From positions 1 through 55,774 of the IMG/VR virus record IMGVR_UViG_3300033143_001114: a DNA stretch of 55,774 nucleotides; one strand, 5' to 3'. This stretch comes from a virus (lineage: Duplodnaviria; Caudoviricetes). Below the pieces are notes generated by a model. That model did no database searches and was not told the origin of the DNA. It saw only the letters and a program-made list of their open reading frames with translations. The position numbers were made by a program, and so were the translations under genes. Shown here piece by piece: positions 17,990 through 27,483 of the stretch (positions within the stretch are counted from its first letter, which is position 1; the number at the start of each line of letters is the position of its first letter).

Positions 17990-18253
17990 ATGGACGCTTT
18001 TTTGAATTTCATACATAAAGGACAAGTAGTACGTAGAGCAATTTTGTTATGGGCGGTTTGGCTTTCAACTGTTGTATCTTTTGAGATGATAGAATACTCT
18101 ATCAAGTTTTCAGAGAAAAATGGTGAGGAGTTATTAGGTGTTGCTGCGGTTATTGGCGCAATCCTAACACCTGTCCTTGGCTTAACTGGTTGGATAATTA
18201 AAAATTATGCTGCAAATCCTTCAGTCGTAGAGAAGGATCAAAAAGAAGGATAA
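17990..18253 (+). CDS. Holin-like membrane protein
   Basis: 87 aa, two hydrophobic segments, charged C-terminus, directly upstream of the spanin pair. Confidence 0.5.
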   Translation: MDAFLNFIHKGQVVRRAILLWAVWLSTVVSFEMIEYSIKFSEKNGEELLGVAAVIGAILTPVLGLTGWIIKNYAANPSVVEKDQKEG

Positions 18254-18256
18254 ATT

Positions 18257-18667
18257 ATGTTTGGGGCATTAATCAGTTTTATGGGTGGAGCAAAACTTAA
18301 ATTAATAGGTGCTGGTATCATTGCACTTCTATTATGGGCTGCTTGGAGTCATTACACTTATATAAGAGATGATCGTATTCAGCTTATTAAAGATAAAGCT
18401 ATAATTGAAACTGCTCTTAAAACAGAGAAGGCCAGCTTTTCGTCTTATAAAATAACAACTGAAAAGAACTATAAAGATATTCAAGAAGATATTATTAGCT
18501 TGGATAAAGATTATAAAAAATCTGAGAAGAAGGTTAGAAAGTTTAGCAAGATGCTTGAAAGACATGATCTTGGTCACTTGACATTTAAGAAGCCAGGATT
18601 AATTGAACGTAAAGCAAATAGAGCAACAAAGAAAGTCTTTAAAGACTTTGAGGAGTTAGGCGAATGA
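18257..18667 (+). CDS. Inner-membrane spanin (Rz-like)
   Basis: N-terminal TM followed by a coiled coil; overlaps the lipoprotein gene. Confidence 0.7.
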   Translation: MFGALISFMGGAKLKLIGAGIIALLLWAAWSHYTYIRDDRIQLIKDKAIIETALKTEKASFSSYKITTEKNYKDIQEDIISLDKDYKKSEKKVRKFSKMLERHDLGHLTFKKPGLIERKANRATKKVFKDFEELGE

Positions 18668-19029
18668 AAAAATTAATTATCATTGCCCTTGCTTCTACTT
18701 TTATGCTTTCAGGTTGTTTTTGGAACACAAAAACTGAATATATAACTAAAATTGTTGAGGTTCCAGTTAATAATATAGTTTATGCAAGGCCAATGCGTCC
18801 TTCACTATTAAACATAGAGTGGAAAGTTTATGGTGAAAAGAACCGAGGTGATGCTGTTATATATTTACAAGATAAAGCTTTAATGTGTTTAAGTATACCT
18901 CATTATGAGAACCTTGGGAAAAACATGACAAGGATTTACTCAACCGAAGAAGGTTTATATAGTTTGTTAGATAAATATGAAGCTGATAGAGCTACAGATG
19001 AAGCCAAAGAAGCTACAAAGGAAGAATAA
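18664..19029 (+). CDS. Outer-membrane spanin lipoprotein (Rz1-like)
   Basis: Signal peptide with lipobox LSGC, Pro-rich stretch. Confidence 0.7.
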   Translation: MKKLIIIALASTFMLSGCFWNTKTEYITKIVEVPVNNIVYARPMRPSLLNIEWKVYGEKNRGDAVIYLQDKALMCLSIPHYENLGKNMTRIYSTEEGLYSLLDKYEADRATDEAKEATKEE

Positions 19030-19031
19030 TA

Positions 19032-19778
19032 ATGGCAACAAGCGTTTTTAATAGATTAGAATCACCACAGGAGTTAATTGACTACGCCTGCAGGAAACTG
19101 GGTGCGCCTGTCATTAATATTGAGATAGATCAATCTCAAGCCGAAGATAGAATAGATGATGCGATGCAATTGTTTATGCAACGGCACTATGACGCCGTCG
19201 AAGAAGTATGGATCAAAACAACTTTCAATGCATCTGATATAACTCGTGGCTACAAAAGAATGGATGAAAATTTAGTTGCTGTTATTGGTATGATTGAACA
19301 CTCATCTAGTTCATTAGAACCAGCTTGGACAGATATCACCTACCAATTAAAATATAATAACATGGTAGATATCACTTCCCCAGATATTGTTAATTATGTA
19401 TTGACAATGGAACATATTAATTTGATCAATAGTCTAATCAAGCCTAAAAGATCATTTCAGTTTAACAAATATTCACACCAATTAAAAGTTATGGGTAATT
19501 TGAAAGCTGGAGACTTTGTTGTGGTTCAAGCTTATAAAAGTTTAAATCCAGACTTTGTTTTAGACATATACAATGATGAATGGTTAAAGAGATACGCTAC
19601 TGCTCTTATTAAAAGACAGTGGGGAGCAAACTTGAAGAAGTTTGAAGGTGTACAGATGCCAGGTGGAATCACACTTGACGGACAATCAATTTTTGACGAA
19701 GGTAATGAGGAAGTTCAATCTCTTGAACAAGAGTTTTCACTAACATATGAATTACCCGTCGACATGTTCATGGGATAA
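19032..19778 (+). CDS. gp13: Neck protein gp13
   Basis: LGAPVINIE...RHYD, WLKRYATALIKRQWG-x-NL-x-KF, PGG motifs. Confidence 0.92.
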   Translation: MATSVFNRLESPQELIDYACRKLGAPVINIEIDQSQAEDRIDDAMQLFMQRHYDAVEEVWIKTTFNASDITRGYKRMDENLVAVIGMIEHSSSSLEPAWTDITYQLKYNNMVDITSPDIVNYVLTMEHINLINSLIKPKRSFQFNKYSHQLKVMGNLKAGDFVVVQAYKSLNPDFVLDIYNDEWLKRYATALIKRQWGANLKKFEGVQMPGGITLDGQSIFDEGNEEVQSLEQEFSLTYELPVDMFMG

Positions 19779-19789
19779 GGAATTTAAAA

Positions 19790-20002
19790 ATGTCATTAGA
19801 AAAAACTGCAAAATTAATAATTGAAGGTAATGAAGACCCAAAACTTGATCAATTTTTTAAATTTCTAGATAAAATAGAAGCGCAAGCTAAAAAGAAACAA
19901 TCTGAAATGGATAAAATAGAAATACAATGGGATAAAGTAGTTGCTAAAATAGCAAAAGCGGGCGGCAAAGTTAGTTATAGTTTTAAGGATAGTTTAGCGT
20001 GA
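19790..20002 (+). CDS. Putative internal head protein (leader class B)
   Basis: Small, Lys-rich; MSLEKTAKLIIE leader ends in I-x-E. Confidence 0.45.
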   Translation: MSLEKTAKLIIEGNEDPKLDQFFKFLDKIEAQAKKKQSEMDKIEIQWDKVVAKIAKAGGKVSYSFKDSLA

Positions 20003-20316
20003 AAAACTTTAAAGAATTTATAGATGAAAAGGTTGATAAACGTCTAACAAAAGTTCTTCATCGTATACCTGCAAATATTAAAGCAACTTTAAATTATATA
20101 AAATATAAACATAAAACATTAAAAAAAACTGACGATGAGATTGTAGTTGAAATATCAAAAGGTAAGAAGAGGGTAGAAATAACAGTTCTTGCAGATGATT
20201 TAGAATATTTGAACTGGGTGTTATATGAAGGTAAAAATATTGTTGAATCTGGAAATGATAATGTTTATAATGAAGTTAAAAAAATAGTCAATAACTTTTT
20301 AGATAAGAATAAATAA
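19999..20316 (+). CDS. Putative internal head protein (T4 IP-like leader)
   Basis: MKNFKEFIDE resembles the T4 capsid-targeting sequence MKTYQEFIAE. Confidence 0.6.
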   Translation: MKNFKEFIDEKVDKRLTKVLHRIPANIKATLNYIKYKHKTLKKTDDEIVVEISKGKKRVEITVLADDLEYLNWVLYEGKNIVESGNDNVYNEVKKIVNNFLDKNK

Positions 20317-20786
20317 TGAAAAACTTTAAAGAATTTATAAGCGAAGCCTCTACACCAGCCGAAGGTATGATGAAGGATATTGAAAAGAGTTTTAAAAAGC
20401 AATTTCCTAAAGGCTGGTCAATCATACACCAAGGTGGAGGTATATCAAAAGACACTATCTCTATAGTAATTGGTCTTATTGGTAACAAGAGCGATTTACC
20501 AAATGGGATATTAGAGAATGATCCAATGTTTCATTCATGGTTGTTATTTCAACACCCTAAAGGATACACCGCTGAGATACTACAAGCAGGAATTAGTATT
20601 AACCCACCAGAAGATAGTTACTTGGCAATGGGTAGAATTAAAACGAAATGGCGCAAGACAACTGGTGACGAAGCCAAGATGGTTAAAACGCTTGACGCTT
20701 TTTTTAAGAAGTTGAAGAAATTAGTTAAAGATAACGAAGATAACATCTTCGGACGAAGCAAATATAACGATAAATATTTTAAATAA
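20316..20786 (+). CDS. Putative internal head protein (T4 IP-like leader)
   Basis: MKNFKEFISE/A. Confidence 0.6.
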   Translation: MKNFKEFISEASTPAEGMMKDIEKSFKKQFPKGWSIIHQGGGISKDTISIVIGLIGNKSDLPNGILENDPMFHSWLLFQHPKGYTAEILQAGISINPPEDSYLAMGRIKTKWRKTTGDEAKMVKTLDAFFKKLKKLVKDNEDNIFGRSKYNDKYFK

Positions 20787-20797
20787 GGAAAATCACA

Positions 20798-21040
20798 ATG
20801 AAGAAGGATTTAAGAGAAGAGGCAAGGAAAGTGATGGGGATAAATGAGGTAAAAGGTAATCCTAAATCCTTAACGAAAGATTTTAATGATTTGTTTCATT
20901 TAATGAAAAAAATGCCTGATGATATGCCAACTACATTAAATACATTATCTTCAAATAAACCTAAAATAGCTGCAGAATTGGATGGTGCTATTAGGACAGT
21001 TAATGAAATGGTTGGTAGAATTTTAAAAGGTAAAATTTAA
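20798..21040 (+). CDS. Putative internal head protein (leader class B)
   Basis: MKKDLREEARKVMGINE. Confidence 0.45.
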   Translation: MKKDLREEARKVMGINEVKGNPKSLTKDFNDLFHLMKKMPDDMPTTLNTLSSNKPKIAAELDGAIRTVNEMVGRILKGKI

Positions 21041-21061
21041 CAATTAAATAAGGAAAGTAAA

Positions 21062-21295
21062 ATGTCTAAATATAAAAGTCTAGAAGAATCAGTAAGGACA
21101 ATGAACGAAGCGTTTGATACAGGCAAAGTAATTAAAGCCTTGATTGATACTTCTTTCGGTGGTAGCAATGAAGAGCAAATGAAAGCTATCCAACTTATGA
21201 AAGGATTGGCAACATCAGATGATCCAATGTCAAACAAGTTTATGAAAGCATTAGATGCCTTCACAAGCAAGATGGATGCGGATAGCTTCAAATAA
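21062..21295 (+). CDS. Putative internal head protein (leader class B)
   Basis: MSKYKSLEESVRTMNE/A. Confidence 0.45.
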   Translation: MSKYKSLEESVRTMNEAFDTGKVIKALIDTSFGGSNEEQMKAIQLMKGLATSDDPMSNKFMKALDAFTSKMDADSFK

Positions 21296-21594
21296 TGAAA
21301 ACGTTTGCTGAATTTATATCTGAAGGTAAGACTATAACACTTTCAAATAAAGTGTTTGATGAATTATGGGCTTTAGAATATGACACTGTAAGTAATGGTT
21401 CTCCAAAAGAGAAAATAGAATTGGCAGACGCGTTAGAAGCTGCAAAGAAGAAAGGCGCCAGTCGTGTTTTGAATGTATCAGATAAAGTTTATGAATATAC
21501 AAAGAAAGCTTTAGAGAATGCTATTGATATAGCCGACGATCAAAACAAAAAATCATTAATGAACACTCTTAAAAAGGCAATGGATAAACTGTAA
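21295..21594 (+). CDS. Putative internal head protein (T4 IP-like leader)
   Basis: MKTFAEFISE/G. Confidence 0.6.
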   Translation: MKTFAEFISEGKTITLSNKVFDELWALEYDTVSNGSPKEKIELADALEAAKKKGASRVLNVSDKVYEYTKKALENAIDIADDQNKKSLMNTLKKAMDKL

Positions 21595-22241
21595 TGGCTA
21601 TTAAGTCTCATTTCAATTTATACGGATTAAATCCTGAGGATGGAAGCAATAACAACGAGCAAACTTTAATAAAAGATCTTGTTGCTGAGGCTATTCAAAT
21701 GTATGGTATAGATGTACAATACCTTCCTCGTACACTGCAAAAAGAAGATAAATTATTTGGTGAAGATATACTTTCATCATTCGACGACGCATATACAATT
21801 GAGATGTATATTCAAAACGTAGATGGTTATGAGGGTGAAGGTGAATTCCTTAAGAACTTTGGTTTAAGCGTAGGTGATCAAGGAACACTTGTTGTATCCT
21901 CACCAAGATTCACAGAAGTTACTACAATGGCAAAACCTCTTGAAGGTGATTTGATTTACTTCCCATTATCAAAAGGTTTATTTGAAATAAAATTTGTTGA
22001 AGATGAAAAACAATTTTATCCAGCAGGATCATTACCACAATATGTTCTAACTGTTGAATTGTTTACATACTCTTCAGAAGACTTCAATACAGCTATTCCT
22101 GAAATTGATATTATATCAGATGTTGATCAAGACCCATTAACTGTAGGTCCTGGTGACCCATCAGATGCAAGTGATGATATAGAAACTGAGGCAGCATCAT
22201 TCTTAGATTTTGAAGAAGATAATCCATGGGGTAATTATTAA
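21594..22241 (+). CDS. gp14: Neck protein gp14
   Basis: EAIQMYG-x-DV-x-YLPR, FGED, EGDLIYFP, FEIKFVE. Confidence 0.92.
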   Translation: MAIKSHFNLYGLNPEDGSNNNEQTLIKDLVAEAIQMYGIDVQYLPRTLQKEDKLFGEDILSSFDDAYTIEMYIQNVDGYEGEGEFLKNFGLSVGDQGTLVVSSPRFTEVTTMAKPLEGDLIYFPLSKGLFEIKFVEDEKQFYPAGSLPQYVLTVELFTYSSEDFNTAIPEIDIISDVDQDPLTVGPGDPSDASDDIETEAASFLDFEEDNPWGNY

Positions 22242-23039
22242 ATGTTCGGTCAAACGTTTTATTTTAATACAAGTCGAAAGATTGTTGCTGGCTTTGGAAC
22301 TCTATTCAATAATATAAGTATTGAAAGGAAGGACGCTGCAGATGCAGTTGTTAAAACTTTAAATATTCCTTTGGCATATGCGCCTAAGCATAGATACCTT
22401 GCACGTTTAAGACAAGACTTAGCTGCAACAGGTGGAACAACTCCAAGTATCAAAACAACACTTCCTAGAATGAGTTATCATTTAGAAGGTTTTGATTATG
22501 ATGCAACAAGGCAAGTGAGTCCACTTAATTATAAAAAAACTAAACATGCTACAGACGCTAATTTGTTTATTAGGCAAATGAACCCTGTACCTTGGAACTT
22601 TAATTTTTCATTAAATGTATTTTCCAAAAACATGGAAGATGGTTTACATATCATAGAGCAAATAATTCCTTACTTCCAACCACACGTTAATATAACTATT
22701 AAAGACATCCCTGCTTTAGATATTAGAAGGGATATTTCAATAGGACTTCAAAGTGTTTCACCTACTGATAATTACGAAGGTAGTTATGACGACGAAGATA
22801 GAATATTGTCATGGGATTTTAACTTCCTAGCAAAAGGATATTTTTATCAGCCAATTACAGAGACTGGAGTTATTAAAAACTTTTTTGCTTATATCGGTAA
22901 CACTCCAGAATATGCAAATTGGTCTCCAGAACAAATTATAGAATCAGTTGGTGTATTAGTTGACCCTCAAAGCGCGGCTATAGATGATCCATTCACAACA
23001 CCTACTACTATAACTGAAGGTCCTATCATAAAACCATAA
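22242..23039 (+). CDS. gp15: Tail sheath stabiliser/terminator gp15
   Basis: FGTLFNNI, PLAYAPK, LPRMS, EQIIPYFQP. Confidence 0.92.
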   Translation: MFGQTFYFNTSRKIVAGFGTLFNNISIERKDAADAVVKTLNIPLAYAPKHRYLARLRQDLAATGGTTPSIKTTLPRMSYHLEGFDYDATRQVSPLNYKKTKHATDANLFIRQMNPVPWNFNFSLNVFSKNMEDGLHIIEQIIPYFQPHVNITIKDIPALDIRRDISIGLQSVSPTDNYEGSYDDEDRILSWDFNFLAKGYFYQPITETGVIKNFFAYIGNTPEYANWSPEQIIESVGVLVDPQSAAIDDPFTTPTTITEGPIIKP

Positions 23040-23051
23040 GAGTAATAAATT

Positions 23052-23561
23052 GTGACTAAAAGAAAGAACACAATAAGTAAATCTACAAAAGCACTCGACG
23101 AAGCACTTAACATCGCAGAAGATATAATTGAAGCAGAGGTTATTGAAGATGTTCCTACCATTGTTGAGGAATCCAACGTTCAAATAATCACAGCGTCTGA
23201 TCAGAATAATAGTGTATCCAAAAGAGAAAATGAAATCGAAAGTGATTATGATCTTGCCCGTACAACTATGCGAGGTCTTTTAGTTAAAGGTAATGAGGCT
23301 ATTGAAAGGATATTAGAGCTTGCTAAGGGTAGTGAGCATCCAAGAGTTATTGAAGTTGCTGCAGGAATTATTAGAGATACTTCAAATGTAGCCAAAGACT
23401 TAATGCAAGTACATAAAATAAGAAATGACGTTGAGACACCAGGATCAAAAGGATCTACAGGAGAAGGTGGTGAAACTAAAGATGGTGTTACAAATGTTTT
23501 CATTGGTTCAACAGCCGATCTGAAAAAAGCCATAGACGATTCGTCAAAGAAGACTAAATAA
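23052..23561 (+). CDS. gp16: Terminase small subunit gp16
   Basis: DY-x-x-AR, SEHPR-x-x-EV, NVFIGSTADL; synteny. Confidence 0.88.
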   Translation: MTKRKNTISKSTKALDEALNIAEDIIEAEVIEDVPTIVEESNVQIITASDQNNSVSKRENEIESDYDLARTTMRGLLVKGNEAIERILELAKGSEHPRVIEVAAGIIRDTSNVAKDLMQVHKIRNDVETPGSKGSTGEGGETKDGVTNVFIGSTADLKKAIDDSSKKTK

Positions 23562-23565
23562 CAAT

Positions 23566-25242
23566 ATGATTGAAGATGCAGTAAAATTAAGTAGACACCA
23601 AACATACCTAGGTAATCCTAAGCTAAAGAGAGAAGCGGTTGAGATTGCTTTCACTCAAGATCAGATTGATGAATATGTTAAGTGCCGTGACGACATAAGT
23701 TATTTTGTTAGAAATTATATGAAAATCACCCATGTTGACGATGGCCTTATTCCTTTTGAGATGTGGCCGTTTCAAGATGAGTTATTACATCACCTTGTAG
23801 ATAATAGATTCAGTATTGTAAACACTGCGCGTCAGGTAGGTAAAACAACTATCACTGTCGCTTTCTTGCTCCACTATATATTATTTAATGATTATAAGTC
23901 TGTAGGAATACTTGCCAATAAAGGAGCAACTGCTCGTGAGATCCTAAGCAGATTACAATTGGCTTATGAATGTTTACCTTATTGGTTGCAACAAGGTGTA
24001 ATTGAATGGAACAAAGGTTCAATTGAATTAGAGAATGGTTCTAATATACTGGCGGCGTCTACTTCAAGTGCTACTGTTCGTGGTTATTCATTCTCAACAA
24101 TATTTGTGGATGAAGCTGCTTTCGTATCAACCAACATATGGGAAGGTTTTTATAATTCAGTATATCCAACAATATCATCTGGTAAGCATACCAAGATTAT
24201 ATTAGTTTCAACTCCAAATAGCCTTAACCACTTCTACAAGCTGTTCACGTTTGCAGAAGCAGGTAAAAATGACTACAAGCCGTTCTCCGTCACTTGGAGA
24301 GACGTTCCTGGCAGAGACGAAGCTTGGAAGCTTGAGACAATTAGAAATACGAGTGAGGATCAGTTTTCACAAGAACATGATTGCCAGTTCCTTGGTTCTA
24401 CTAATACACTTATATCCTCTAAGAAGATCAGAGCACTTACTCCAATCACTGAAATATATAGAGATGATGAAGGTAAGTATAAGATGTTCAAGGCTCCTGT
24501 AGTTAATAAAGAAGAGCCTAAATTAAATCATACTTACATGCTGACCGCAGATGTGGCGAGAGGCCGTGGGATGGATTACTCAGCATTGTCCGTTGTAGAT
24601 ATAACTGAATACCCATTCGAGCAGGTGGCAACATGGAGGAGTAATAATGTTTCACCTCTAATGTTCCCAGACATTATTGCAAAGATTGCAACCGATTATA
24701 ATATGGCATATGTCCTGATTGAGAATAACGATGCTGGTGAAGAAGTTTGTAATATCCTCAACTACGAATTAGAGTATGAAAATATATTGTCACCTATGGC
24801 AGGGAAGAAATTTCAACTAGGAGTGAAGACAACAAAATCAGTAAAAAGATTAGGTTGCTCAAACTTCAAAGATCTTGTAGAGAAAGACAAGCTTATCATA
24901 TATGACGAAGACACTGTTAATGAGATAGCTGGTTTTGTTGCCAAGGGCGTTTCATATGAGGCAGATGGGGATGGGCACGATGATCTTGTTATGGGATTGG
25001 TGATTTTCTCATGGTTATCATCTCAGGAGTTCTTCAAGGAATTATCTGACAGTGATATGAGAAAAACATTATTTCAAGAGAACATTAAAAGGCTGGAAGA
25101 TGAATTAACACCCTTCGGCCACATAGATAAAGGACTTCAATCAGCACCTGGACAGGGCACTTTACCAGATACCTTCAAAGAAGATGGTGAAGTGTGGCAT
25201 ACCGTGGGTGGTGAGGATGATACAGGTTTTGGATCACTCTAA
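23566..25242 (+). CDS. gp17: Terminase large subunit gp17
   Basis: RQVGKT Walker A, IFVDEAAF Walker B, STPN, HDDLVM nuclease motif. Confidence 0.96.
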   Translation: MIEDAVKLSRHQTYLGNPKLKREAVEIAFTQDQIDEYVKCRDDISYFVRNYMKITHVDDGLIPFEMWPFQDELLHHLVDNRFSIVNTARQVGKTTITVAFLLHYILFNDYKSVGILANKGATAREILSRLQLAYECLPYWLQQGVIEWNKGSIELENGSNILAASTSSATVRGYSFSTIFVDEAAFVSTNIWEGFYNSVYPTISSGKHTKIILVSTPNSLNHFYKLFTFAEAGKNDYKPFSVTWRDVPGRDEAWKLETIRNTSEDQFSQEHDCQFLGSTNTLISSKKIRALTPITEIYRDDEGKYKMFKAPVVNKEEPKLNHTYMLTADVARGRGMDYSALSVVDITEYPFEQVATWRSNNVSPLMFPDIIAKIATDYNMAYVLIENNDAGEEVCNILNYELEYENILSPMAGKKFQLGVKTTKSVKRLGCSNFKDLVEKDKLIIYDEDTVNEIAGFVAKGVSYEADGDGHDDLVMGLVIFSWLSSQEFFKELSDSDMRKTLFQENIKRLEDELTPFGHIDKGLQSAPGQGTLPDTFKEDGEVWHTVGGEDDTGFGSL

Positions 25243-25345
25243 AGGTACAGAATCATAAATAATTACAGTTATTAACATGTGGAACTAAAAAATCTATATA
25301 TTTAGAAAAGGGGTAAGGAATACCCCCAGATAAGGAGAATAAAAA

Positions 25346-26902
25346 ATGGGTTTCAGTTTATCAGCTTCTGTAAACGTAAAAGAACTTGACCTGACTACTA
25401 CTGTCCCTGCAGTTGCGACCTCAATAGGCGCAATGGTTGGTGATTTTGCTTGGGGTCCTGTAGAACAAGTTACACTTGTTGACAGCGAAAACAATCTTGT
25501 AAAACACTTCGGCCTGCCAGGTGAGACAAACTTTGTAGACTGGTTTTCAGCTTCAAACTTCCTTTCATACGCAAACAATCTTAAGTTAGTAAGAGCAGTT
25601 GGCGCACTTGCAGAAAATGCTGGTGACACTGACGGCATCTTGGTTAAAAACTTAGATGATTATGATTTGAATGGAACAAGTATTGATGCATCATTAAATA
25701 GCTTTGTTGCTAAGTATCCAGGTGTATTTGGAAACGGCATTGAAGTAGAACTAGCAGACAGCACGAACTTTGTTGGTTGGACACACGAGGCAGACTTTGA
25801 CTATGCTCCAACAGGTCAAGAGATATTTGTGGTTGTGTTGTTAGATGGTGACATTGTTGAAAAATTCACAGCATCTGAAGATGTTGCTGCAAAAGACTTT
25901 AATGGTAATAACAACTATATTGAAGAATTGTTAAATCGTACTTCTCAATATGTTTATGTTGTTATGGCTAACTTAGACACAGGTACAAATGGTTTCAGTT
26001 ACCCACTTGCTGGCGGATTAGACGATGCTCCAGGTGATTCAGAACGTATATTAGGTTATGATTTGTTTTCAAACTCAGACGATATAGACATTAGCTTGGT
26101 GATGCAGGCAGGTGCTTCTAGCGTAGTTGGTTTGTATATCAAAGACAATATTGCAGACTCACGTAGAGATTGTGTTGCATTCTTATCACCTGCTAAAGCA
26201 GACGTGGTAGGTTCATTAACAGCAGTAACAGATACAATCGCAACCAGAGATGGTTTTGGTTCAAGCTCTTATTGTGTTATGGATAGCAACTATAAATATC
26301 AATATGACAAATACAACGACAAATATCGTTGGTTGCCACTTAACGCAGACATCGCTGGCTTATGTGCTAGAACAGATGATGTTGCTGATCCTTGGTTCAG
26401 CCCAGGTGGTCCTAACCGTGGTCAAATTAAAAATACAATCAAACTTGCTTACAATCCTTCAAAAGCTGAAAGAGATGAGTTGTATAAGAATGCTATCAAC
26501 CCAGTTGTTACATTCCCAGGTGAAGGAACATTGTTGTATGGTGATAAAACATTACAAACTAAGCCTTCAGCGTTTGATAGAATCAATGTGCGTAGATTGT
26601 TCATTGTACTTGAAAAGGCAATTGCAACATTTGCAAAATACAGCTTGTTTGAATTTAACGATGTGTTCACACGCAACCGTTTCGTAAGTGCTGTAGAACC
26701 ATTCCTACGCAATGTTCAAGGAAGACGTGGTGTAGTTGATTTTAGAGTTATTGCTAACGAGACTAATAACACAGGCGAAGTAATTGACAGAAATGAATTT
26801 GTAGCTGATATTTATATCAAGCCTAACAGAAGCATTAACTTTATATACCTTAACTTCGTAGCTATTAAATCAGGCGTAACATTTGAAGAAATCATAGGCT
26901 AA
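25346..26902 (+). CDS. gp18: Tail sheath protein gp18
   Basis: FAWGP, PWFSP-x-G-x-NRG, FDRINVRRLF, IKP-x-RSINFI; CATAAATA late-promoter variant at 25254. Confidence 0.95.
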   Translation: MGFSLSASVNVKELDLTTTVPAVATSIGAMVGDFAWGPVEQVTLVDSENNLVKHFGLPGETNFVDWFSASNFLSYANNLKLVRAVGALAENAGDTDGILVKNLDDYDLNGTSIDASLNSFVAKYPGVFGNGIEVELADSTNFVGWTHEADFDYAPTGQEIFVVVLLDGDIVEKFTASEDVAAKDFNGNNNYIEELLNRTSQYVYVVMANLDTGTNGFSYPLAGGLDDAPGDSERILGYDLFSNSDDIDISLVMQAGASSVVGLYIKDNIADSRRDCVAFLSPAKADVVGSLTAVTDTIATRDGFGSSSYCVMDSNYKYQYDKYNDKYRWLPLNADIAGLCARTDDVADPWFSPGGPNRGQIKNTIKLAYNPSKAERDELYKNAINPVVTFPGEGTLLYGDKTLQTKPSAFDRINVRRLFIVLEKAIATFAKYSLFEFNDVFTRNRFVSAVEPFLRNVQGRRGVVDFRVIANETNNTGEVIDRNEFVADIYIKPNRSINFIYLNFVAIKSGVTFEEIIG

Positions 26903-26907
26903 TATGT

Positions 26908-26938
26908 TGGTGGGAGTAATATCCCACCAGTATAAATA
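26908..26938 (+). promoter_or_regulatory. Hairpin plus late promoter between gp18 and gp19
   Basis: TGGTGGGA-GTAATA-TCCCACCA, then TATAAATA at 26931-26938. Confidence 0.65.
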
Positions 26939-26961
26939 ATATAACAAGGAATATCAAGAAA

Positions 26962-27453
26962 ATGAATATAACAGATTTCAAGGGATCATTTAATGCGTTG
27001 GCTAAACCAACTCTTTACAGAGTATATGGTTTTGGTGCCGATCGACAGCTTGAATTTTTATGTAAGGCAGCACAACTACCAGGCGCAACCTTGGGAGTTA
27101 TTGAAGTTCCTTACATGGGAAGAAAAATCAAAGTTGCAGGTGATAGAACATATGCAGAGTGGACACCAACTATTATGGCTGACGACACTTTTGCACTTAG
27201 AACCTACTTTGAAGAATGGACAAACAAAATCAATTTGCCAGAAGGAAATACTGGTCAATCATCTGTAGAGTCTTACAAAGAAGATGGTTACATTGAACAA
27301 TTGACTGAAGACAACAAAGTTATTGCAATATATAAAATGATTGGCTGCTTCCCAACAGAAGTTGCTCCAATTGACGTGTCTTTTGAGTCTAACGATACTG
27401 TTGAAGAATTTACAGTAACACTCCAAATGGATTATTGGATTCGCGAAAAATAA
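26962..27453 (+). CDS. gp19: Tail tube protein gp19
   Basis: LPG...VPYMGR-x-IK-x-AGDRT...W; EEFTVT. Confidence 0.93.
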   Translation: MNITDFKGSFNALAKPTLYRVYGFGADRQLEFLCKAAQLPGATLGVIEVPYMGRKIKVAGDRTYAEWTPTIMADDTFALRTYFEEWTNKINLPEGNTGQSSVESYKEDGYIEQLTEDNKVIAIYKMIGCFPTEVAPIDVSFESNDTVEEFTVTLQMDYWIREK

Positions 27454-27483
27454 GCTTTACCAATTAATAAATAGGATTGTTTA

